A stretch of DNA of 64,000 nucleotides from Octopus vulgaris (lineage: Eukaryota): positions 94,054,001 through 94,118,000 of the forward strand of contig OX597818.1 in the NCBI GenBank assembly GCA_951406725.2, written 5' to 3'. Below, one piece after another: positions 37,593 through 47,409 of the stretch; the first letter of the stretch is position 1, and each line of letters opens with the position of its first letter. Below the pieces are notes generated by a model. It was given only the letters and a program-made list of their open reading frames with translations. It made no database searches and had not been told where the DNA came from. The position numbers and the translations under genes are program-made.

Positions 37593-38459
37593 CGGATATA
37601 TAGAAAAATGCTCATGAAGATTACAGTGATACTGATGAGGATTAAAATGAATGCAATAACTTAATACTCTCAATGCTGACCCACTGTCAAGTTGAGTTGT
37701 ATCTCCTGTCTCATTCATACTACAACAGTGTCTGCTGTAAAATCTTCTTGATGTCTACTGTTCTCTCATTATGAAGCTCACGTCTCTTTTCCTCTCATCA
37801 CCTACTTTAGTCACTTATTCAAGCCCTTTGCTTTTTATGAAGTATAAGCCATTGTCAACTTTTCTCTACTGTTCCCAATTCTGGGTTGTCTTTTCTGTTT
37901 TTCAGCTCTATCTCAGTATCTTACTATCTGCTATTTTTAATGGTATTCCCTCTTCCACTTCCCTTGTGGAAATACGTTTCCTTGAAGAAATGCCTTTACC
38001 TCCCAGGTCTTGTTGGTTTTGAATTGCCAATGATGCTTCTGTAACTTTGCTGTTTTATTGGTAGGGATGTTGGATGTACACAACCCATATTTACTTCTAG
38101 GAAGAAGTGCTCTGTATTAGTCTGGCCCTTGTCCTTTAACTTACCCAAAATGAGAGGCCCTACTGTGAGCTTGTGCTCTACAGGCATTAGTTTTGATGTG
38201 ATGGCTTTTGTGCCTCAGTTGCACCGGAGCCATCACGTCACAACTAGGACTGAATGTTGTGGTGGTCTCATCATCTACACGCTGTACTAAACCTTTTCCT
38301 ACTCCTTCTACAGGATCATTTCCTCCTCAAACTTTATTCCCTTTAATCACTCAGGTCAAAATAAGTCTGAACTGCATAAAAACACCCAGTTGTTCCTTGA
38401 ACTATATTTAGGCTACCTTTCAGTTTTTCGCCACATATTGGTGATAGAGATAGTTTTAT

Positions 38460-38768
38460 GAGTGAATCAACAGACTGACTGAGATGGTTAGATGGAAAGA
38501 AAGAGAGACAGATGGCTGTACAAGTAGACAAAGACAAATGGCTGTATGGGAGAGAGAGAGAGAGAGAGAGAGAGAAGTAGACATATATGTATGGATAGAG
38601 AGAGAGAGAGAGAGATAGACAGGTGTATGTATGGGTAGAGAGAGAGATAGACAAGTGTATATGGGTAGAGAGAGAGATAGACAGATGTATGAATCAGTAG
38701 TGAAAGAGAGAGAGAAGTAGACAGATGTATGTATTTGGAGAGAGAGAAGTAGACAGATGTATGTATGG

Positions 38769-38818
<50 letters not shown>

Positions 38819-40320
38819 GTAGACAGATGTATGTATGGGTAGAGAGAGATAGAGAGTGAAAGAGAGAAGTAGACAGATGTATGTATGGGTAGTGAGAGAG
38901 AGAAGTAGACAGATGTGTGTATGGAAGGAGAAAGAGAGAGTAGTCAAATGTATGTATGGGGAGAGAAAGAGAGAGAGTGAGTGTGTGTGACAGATTTATG
39001 TATGGGTAGAAAAAAGAGAGAGATGTATGTGTAGGGAAGGAGTGAGTGAGGGATGTATGTGTGATGAGAGAGAGATGTATGTATGCATGACTTGGAAGGA
39101 GATTTATATATGGTAGAAAGAAAGAGATATGTATGCATGTTAGATAGACAGACAGAAAGAAGAATGGGTAGAGAAACAGAGAGTGGGGTATCTGTGAGTC
39201 GAGACACATAGACAGATATATATGTATAGGTAGAGACTTACAGGTATTACATGGGCACACAGAACAGACATACTAATGTTTTATGGATAAAGAGACAGGC
39301 TGTTATTTGTATGGGTAGAGAGACAATGGTAGAGAGAGAATCAGACAGAAGGATGTATGGGTGTGAGGAACAAACAGATGTAGACCAACAAACAGATGTA
39401 GAAACAGATGTTTGTATGGTGAGAGAGAGAGAGTCATACAAATGATAGTATATCTAAAGAGACAGGCAGATAGATGGCTATATGTGTAGAGAGAAAGGCA
39501 GGCAGGATTCTGTATAGTTGGGGAGACAGACAGATGGCTGTATATGTAGAGAGATAAACAGAGGTGGCTGTATAAATAAGGAGACATACAGACAGACAAA
39601 TATGAGTAACAAGTGAGACAGTTAGAAAGAAAGGGCTCGATGAGCAGACACAAGAGACCTGAATGAATTCACAAAGATATTTGGGTAGGTAAATTAATAG
39701 ACACACTGACATCTGGATGGATTGACTGATACACAGGTGTCTAGCTGGACTGGTAGACATGCTGACATCTGGCTGGATGAGTCAAGAGACTTGTTGACAT
39801 TTGGATAGTTGGATTGATTGACACATGGATGTCTGGATTGTTGGATCAGCACTGTACTGACATTTGGATGGATGGATTGATGGTTGGGTTGATAGACACA
39901 GTAATGTCTGGACAATTGGATTAATGGACACATTGACATCTGGATGGGTTTATTGACTGACATAGATATTGATATGGATAGACATACTAAGTCAGAATGA
40001 ATAGATTGTCATCCATTTAGATATATCGATAGATATACCGATGTCTAGATGGTTAGATTAATAAGCTGACAGATATCAGGATGCATTGAGTTGTAGACAC
40101 AGGTGTCTTGTTTGAGACATTCATAAACTAACAGATGTCTAGATGGATAAGTAAAAGAAGAGACATGCAGATTGATATAGCTATGAATGGATGTGTGGAT
40201 ATGTAGGTAGATGGATAGACAGACAGTCTGACATGTGGAAAAGGAATAAAAATCTGACTAGATCAATAGACATATTTGGAGATGGATCAATACAGAGAGA
40301 TATATAAATAGATGTATATA
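38460..40320. repeat. Purine-skewed compound minisatellite
   Basis: (AG)n-spaced aagtagacagatgtatgtatgggt units grading into gacatctggatgg-type units. Confidence 0.85.
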
Positions 40321-40699
40321 AATAGCTTGTGTTTACAGCCATACATGCTAACACAGTACCTGATCCAGTCTATATATAACCAATCAATCCATATTGCTAG
40401 CTACTATTTATACAAGCAAACCAAACTACTTGTCTATTTTTGGCATTTTGTAATTTCTTAATTGTTATTGTTTGTGTTGATGTTAAAAGATGTATTATTA
40501 CTGCTGCCGTTGTTGTAGTTATTATGTTGTTTTTGTTGTTGTATTGTTGTTACAGCTATTGTATTGATTTTTTTTTTTACTGTTGTAGGTATTGTATGTA
40601 GTAATACCACTTTTTTGTTCATGTTGTTGTTATAGCTGTTGTATTATTATTGTGACTGATGCTGATATTGTATTGTTGAGGTGGTGGTTATTAAGCAGA

Positions 40700-41105
40700 C
40701 GCAGGTATAGCTGTGTAGTTAAGACATGTGCATCCCAACCACATGGTTTCAGGTTCAGTTCTTGTGTGTGACACCTTGGTCAAGTGTCTCCTATAACTCT
40801 GAGCTGACCAAAGCCATGTGAAGGGAATTAGTAGATAGAAAATGAAAGCTGCCTGTCATATGTTTATATATTATATTTGTGTGTGTGTGTGTGTTCTTGT
40901 CTTGACATCATGTGATTGTCATAAATGAATGCCATTCAATTCCAGTATTCTCTGAATAAATGTCTGGCTATGGAGTAATATTACATTGCTTGGAAACAAG
41001 TAAGGGTTGGTGGCAGTAAGGGCATCAGGCTATAGAAAATCTGCCTCGGTAAACTCTATCAAGCATAGAAAAGTGGACGTTAAAATGATGATGATAACGC
41101 TGATG
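40700..41105 (+). mobile_element. SINE with family A head and (GAT)n-type tail
   Basis: tRNA head, CORE, (TG)n, then ttggaaacaagtaagggttgg...aagggcatc...gtggacgttaaaatgatgatg. Confidence 0.75.
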
Positions 41106-41870
41106 ATATGGTCATTAACCCATTAGGATTTAAGCTGAATAGATCCAGTAATTTTTAACTGATTGGATCCAACCTCTCACACCTATCCTTCAACCTAATT
41201 CTAAAAATAAACAATCATCGCATCAAAATCTTGTAGCTAAGAGATAATGCATGATTAATTCAAAACAATGTGAATAAATGTTACATTTAATAAAGTAATC
41301 TGAATGCTAAAAGGTTAGTATTGTTCTTTATCCACGAATTGTTATTAGTTAGCTGTGCTCTTAAGCTTCTTTCCTCCCAAGTGCTTATCTTATACTATCA
41401 GGCATTGCCTCAGTGTTTGTATTCAGACACTGGAAGGTGGAGAAAGATTAGAATGTAAGAAGAGGTCTTTGCCAGTAGTATTGCGTGAATATGAAACAAG
41501 GATCTTAAGAGTGGCCAATATCAAGTAACTGAGAGTGTATAATATGACATGCTACATGTGAGCTCAGCAGAGCAGCTGGGTGGCCTATAAAAAGAATGGT
41601 GAAATCTCAAGAGAGGTGGAAGCAGACCAGAATCTGGTGGCGATTGTCAGATGGTAAAAACTGCAATATTTTGACCATGTTATTTAGGTCCAAAGCCTGT
41701 GTTCACATCTTTAAGGGCTGGGTGGATGCAGAATTGACTTGCTTTTCTTGGTGGACTGCATGAAGGGGACTCGTGTTACAGCATGAGACTGCAGTGTATA
41801 GCAAAGAATGGTGGAGCTGTCTGAAGCATGTGGCATTTTACTAAAAGGATTGGAATATTCATTCAATCAA

Positions 41871-41947
<77 letters not shown>

Positions 41948-42069
41948 TGTGTGTGGGGGTATATATGTGTATATGTACACACATGCACATACATATATTC
42001 TATTAGATGGTATCAACTTCAACATTCATCAGAATCGGTTTACTGCTCTGCCAAGGGTACCCTATCTGA

Positions 42070-42250
42070 ATTTCTGTGTCTTCTCACGCACAACAAACTT
42101 TTAGAAGTCTCAGTCACCTATTGTTGCTGCCATGAGGCTCAACAACCAAAGGTCATATTTCACCACCTTACCCATGTCTTCCTGGGTCCACTCCTTCCAC
42201 AGGTTCCCTCCTCAATCAGAGATTGGCACTTCTTTACACAGCTATCCCTA
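42070..42250 (-). mobile_element. Degraded fragment of the same RTE ORF C-terminus
   Basis: Reverse complement ggatagctgtgtaaagaagtgcc...ggaacctgtggaaggagtggacccaggaagacatggg aligns by eye with 34569-34645. Confidence 0.7.
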
Positions 42251-42861
42251 TCTATGTATGTGTGCATGTGTATATATTTGTGTAAACATGTATATGTATA
42301 CATGTTTGTATATGAATATGTATATCAATGGTGGGTGTATGTGTGTATATAAATGTAGATATAGATATCACCAAGATCATCAATGACATGGGTAGGACAG
42401 TTTGACAGGATCCAGTGGGTCTGAGGATTACATCATGCTACACTACCTGCTTTAGCATGCATGGTTTCTATGGCTGAATGCCTTTGCTAGTGCCGACTAC
42501 CTTACAGAGTATACTGGATGCTTTTTTCCATGGCACCAGCACTTGTGAGGTTGCCATGCAGCTTGCAAAGTGGGGCTACAGTATAGAATGGGGCAACTTT
42601 ATGTTAGGAGATGAGGTGTTAGAATATGAGAGGACAGAACAGGTTTCTTGCTGTAGAGGGACTTGATGGCTTTTCTTATTGTGGAAGAGTTTGTGGAAGT
42701 GGCTAGATTGACAGTGGGCAGGAGTGAGGACAGGTGAACAGGGCCTGTGGGTGGATGGAAGTTGCAAGAATTATGAGTGAGTGAGAGATGGGGAGAATGC
42801 TTGAGGTGGGGAGATATAATGAACAAATTTGTGTGTGTTTCTATGTGTGTGTGTGTGTGGC

Positions 42862-43538
42862 TATGAATGCCTTTCCTCCCTTGGACACAAAGACCTGTTG
42901 AGGCAAGCGAAGTCGATATAGAACCTCATCCGACGACAGGCACCCATGCCAACCCCTTTGCTTGCGAAGACATGTTGGGGCAAGCGAAATCGAAATCGAA
43001 TTGAAGCAGCCAGGATCCCTGGTCTGGTGGTACGTAAAAAGCACATTCCGACTCGTGGCCGATGCCAGCGCCGCCTCCACTGGCTTCCGTGCCGGTGGCA
43101 CGTAAAATACACCAATCCGACCGTACGACAGGCACCCATGCCAACCCCCTTTGCTTGCGAAGACATGTTGGGGCAAGTGAAATCGAAATCGAATTGAACC
43201 AGCCAGGATCTCTGGTCTGGTGGTACGTAAAAAGCACTATCCGACTCGTGGACGATGCCAGCACCGCCTCGACTGGCTTCCTAGCCAGTGGCACATAAAA
43301 TACACCAATCCAACCGTGGCCGTTGCCAGCCTCACCTGGCACCTGTGCAGGTGGCACGTAAAAAGCACCCACTACACTCACGGAGTGGTTGGCGTTAGGA
43401 AGGGCATCCAGCTGTAGAAACATTGCCAGATAAGACTGGAGCCTGGTGCAGCCTTCTGGCCTCCCAGATCCCCGGTTGAACCGTCCAACCCATGCTAGCA
43501 TGGAGAACGGACGTTAAACGATGATGATGATGATGATG
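42862..43538 (+). mobile_element. Young, CpG-rich RTE 3' UTR copy with internal ~190-bp tandem duplication
   Basis: 42933-43124 is nearly repeated at 43125-43315; intact core and (GAT)n tail. Confidence 0.85.
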
Positions 43539-44242
43539 AGATATATATATATATATATATACATATATACATACACACACACTTGAAAACGGATGCCTTG
43601 TGTTCAGTTAAATCATATGTAATATATATATATATATATCTGTACAGGGTATATATGTATATATATATATATATACTCACATACGCATGCATGCACCTAT
43701 GTATATGTATGTGTATACATGTATTTTTTTTTAATGTGTGTGTGTACACACAAACACATCATGTACACACATATATACTTGGCAATCTCACAAGTGCTGG
43801 TGCCATGTAAAACACTCCCAGTACAATTTGCAAAGTGGTTAGGGTTAGGAAGGTTATCCAACCAAGCCAAAGCGACCATGCTAAAACAAACATTGGAACT
43901 TGGTTCAGTCCTCTGCCACATTAGTTCCAGCATGAAAAACAAAATTTAAATGATGATGATTATATATTATCTCTTCTGTTCTATTTATTGAAAGACAAGG
44001 GTAATTTGAAAGAGTTTTGACTGCTACTTTAGCATTTCAGTTGACCACATAGGTGTTCTTATAGTAGCTCATATACATGAGGCTGGGATGTGATGTTAAA
44101 ATATTATTGTAATGGTTGTGTTTTTTGTTGTTAGCGTTGGTTTTAAGAAAAGGTAAACATTGAGAACAGCACATTTTTTTTGTTGCTTTGTAATTTGTTT
44201 TGCGTGGTTCTAATTGTCTTGATGATGATGATGATATTGTAG

Positions 44243-44318
44243 GCAGCAAGAAATGGTGCGGCAGATGTATAAAGACACCGACTGTACAGAAGAACTGAAG
44301 AATATAGAGCAGGAACAT
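44243..44318 (+). CDS. STUB1: STUB1/CHIP internal coding exon (variable coiled-coil linker; exon 4 equivalent), 76 bp, phase 2 to 0
   Basis: attgtag|G CAG...GAA CAT|gtaagt; AG+G gives Arg, then QQEMVRQMYKDTDCTEELKNIEQEH. Its phases join the flanking exons exactly, and the end IEQEH resembles vertebrate IEAKH. Confidence 0.85.
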
Positions 44319-44504
44319 GTAAGTAGTTGCCTTGCACATCCTTGTTATAATGTAACAATTGCATCGTCATTTAATGTTCACTTTTCATGTTTCCTCAACG
44401 ATTTCTATCTGACCCATGCAAACAAGGAAGATTGAACATTAGAAATGATGATGATGGTATATACATGTAAGTGTGTCTGTATGTGTATATGTGTTTGTAT
44501 GTGG

Positions 44505-44541
<37 letters not shown>

Positions 44542-44542
<1 letters not shown>

Positions 44543-44924
44543 TAGCAGTATCGCCCGGCGTTGCTCGGGTTTGTAAGGGAAATAACTATAAAACATTTTT
44601 AGATAGTTATAGCCAAAATATAGCAAAAAAATGGGAAAAAAATTATGGTAAATTTTTTTGAGAGTTAAAAAGGTGGAGTTGCGTCCCCATGACAGTCTGT
44701 GGTTTGTGTTTCTGATTCTCGACCCCATGTCGAATTTATCGATTTTTTTCAGAACTGGGGGAACTTTTCAAAATTTTCGGTGCGTTAGTTTTGAATTATG
44801 ACATTGGGCTATGTGTGTGTCAAGTTGCATCAGAATCGGTTGAAAGCCGTGGTCAGAGTGAGGGTACAACCAAACAAACACACAGAAACACACACAGACA
44901 AACTGCCGTTTATATAAAGAGAGA
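44542..44924 (-). mobile_element. Non-autonomous Helitron with shared 3' end and different 5' body
   Basis: Same 3' hairpin/CTAG terminus as the other two copies; 5' end A|TCTCTCTTTATATAAACGGCAG; inserted at a (TA)n tract. Confidence 0.82.
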
Positions 44925-45189
44925 TATAATTAGTGAATGGAAGAAATGGAGTTGAACGAAGATTGTACAGAATTCCTTTTATTACATTCTACGCATGTTT
45001 CAAAGGCCACAATTTTCCAAATTCTGATTAAATAAGGATACCATATTGCAGAAGAGAAAGCTGCAATATGGTATCCTTATTTAATCAGAATTTGGAAAAT
45101 TGTGACCTTTTGATACATGTGTAGAATGTAATAAATGGAATTCTGTACAATCTTCGTTCAACTCCATTTCTTCCATTCACTAATTATAT
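44925..45189. repeat. Foldback palindrome, ~127-bp arms with 9-bp spacer
   Basis: 44925-45051 pairs with 45061-45189, few mismatches. Confidence 0.95.
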
Positions 45190-45354
45190 TAAACTTCAAT
45201 TATCCGCACCAACGCACGGTTGCAACACCATATGATCATATCTCCAACCGTTTTTTTCTGCTGTGATTTTTGCTACCCAGGTATCGGTTAATCTTTTGAA
45301 TAATCCATAACAAGATAATTCATCTTTCCATTTCAACAAATATATATATATATT

Positions 45355-45725
45355 ATTTGTTTCAGTCATTTGACTGCAGCCATGCTGGAACACCGCCTTT
45401 AGTCGAGCAAACCGACCTCAGGACTTATTCTTTGTAAGCCTAGTACTTATTCTATCGGTCTCTTTTGCTGAACTGCTAAGTTATGGGGATGTAAACACTA
45501 ACATCGGTTGTCAAGCAATGGTGGTGTGGGCAAACACACGCGTACACACACTCGCACATATACGATGGGCTTCTTTCAGTTCCCATCTACCAAATCCACT
45601 CACAAGGCTTTGGTTGGCCCGAGTCTCTAGTAGAAGACATTTGCACAAGGTTCCACGCAGTGGGACTGAACCTGGAACCATGTGGTTAGGAAGCAAGCTT
45701 CTTACCACACAGTCATGCTGTGCCC
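45355..45725 (-). mobile_element. Family A SINE
   Basis: Full-length match. Confidence 0.85.
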
Positions 45726-45787
45726 GTATATATATATATGTATACACGCACATATATTTTGTAAACAAACTTATAAAGCATGTGTTG

Positions 45788-45935
45788 ATATTCTACAGAA
45801 AAATAAAGGAATTCACAAACATAAGCAAGTTGTGTAGAGAGCTTAGAAATTTGGATATAGGGTATTTACCCGATTTTCTAAGATGTCTTCACAGCCTTCC
45901 TGCATTTGTGAATTCTTTTATTTTCTGTAGAATAT
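45788..45935. repeat. Older imperfect foldback palindrome
   Basis: atattctacagaaaaataaaggaattcacaaa...tttgtgaattcttttattttctgtagaatat. Confidence 0.8.
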
Positions 45936-45959
45936 ATATTTAAATGTATGTATGCGTGT

Positions 45960-46059
45960 ATATATGTGTGTATGCATTACCTAAAATGGTTTGATTAGGT
46001 GCCTTGCGACTTAGTTCCATGGCCCTCTAACAAAAATTGTCACTTTCAAGTTTAGATTA

Positions 46060-46117
<58 letters not shown>

Positions 46118-46760
46118 TACATACATATGGTACATACTCTATATACATACATACTATATAAATACAAGGGTATGTGTGCTTAGTCCCAAAAGGCTCTGAA
46201 ACAGTGTCCTCAACAAAAACGAATTTGATTTTCGAAATTTGCATCCCAATGAAAGGTCATCCATAAATTGTAGTAAAAAAAAAATGTAATTTGCTATGAG
46301 AAACAACTCAACTTTTAGATCGACAGCTCTCCTACTCTCTAACTGTTACCATGAATCTATCTATCTCTATTATTTATCACACTCTTTATCACTCTCTCTC
46401 TGTATGTATTATCTCAAACACGTTGCTCTCATTTTGTTTAAAACTTTTAATGTTTACTTTCATTTAATGACAGCTTATTACACATGGACCCTGTTTTCTG
46501 ATTGGGTAAAAATGATCAAACCTTAAACTACTGTAACATTTTGCTGAAATTATTTTGAATAACTGAATCACAAATGTTGTATTTATGTGTGTATATATGT
46601 GTGTATGTCTTACCTAAAATGGTTTGATTAGGCTACTTGCAACTTAGTTCCATGGGCCTCTAACAGAAATTGTCACATTCAGGCTTAGATTACTGATATA
46701 TATATATATATACATACATATATACACACACACACAAATACATACTATATGAATACAAGT
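45960..46760. repeat. Direct repeat of ~170-200 bp, period ~633 bp
   Basis: ttacctaaaatggtttgattagg...ttagattactgatata...catactatat at ~45960-46168 and ~46593-46759. Confidence 0.9.
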
Positions 46761-47409
46761 GTGAAAAAGTACATCGATTTTTCTCATGGTAAACTTTTTG
46801 TGGTTTTGGGATGTACTAGAAACAACAACTAAATCTCCCTTAAATTGCACACCTTTCTGTCTGAAAATTATTTTGAAATTATAAACAGAAACAAATTGCA
46901 GATTAAGACTGTCTGTAGCTGAAATTTTTGGGTTTATGGGGGTGGGGAGTTGTTAATGAAGAAATAAAAAAAAAATTCACTATTGTTTTTAAATTGAATT
47001 TCATTTTCTGTTTAAAAATAAAGGAAGTGGGGATTGTTATGGTGACCACTGATTTCCAATTTTTTTCTTTTTTAAACCTTCAAGGCTTCTCCTGTCATTT
47101 TAAAGTGTGAAGTGCAAAAAAATAAAAATTGCTATAATCAGTACTGAGTGAGGGAGGGGTGTTGAAAAATTTCATAAATTTTCAAACTCCTTTTTTTTTC
47201 TTACTGCAAAAGCGTCTCCCATTGTTTTTAGGTGTGTAGTGCAAATTGCATGTTACTTACATCTGCCTACTTGTATATTGCATTCAGGTCCTGCTGTAAA
47301 CTTGCAGCGCTGTCTGGATTTTTTGTTGCATGTGGTAATTTTGTATCATTGGCATTGCAATTTTTAGTCTGTCGCTGTTTGAGTGACTATGGGCGTGTTG
47401 AAGTGAGCT

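Noticed and set aside
38343-39963. Long minus-strand ORFs up to 188 aa
   Set aside because: Translations of (CT)n-rich low-complexity DNA.
42841-43501. Overlapping 100-191 aa ORFs
   Set aside because: They arise from the GC-rich duplicated repeat and show no recognisable domain.
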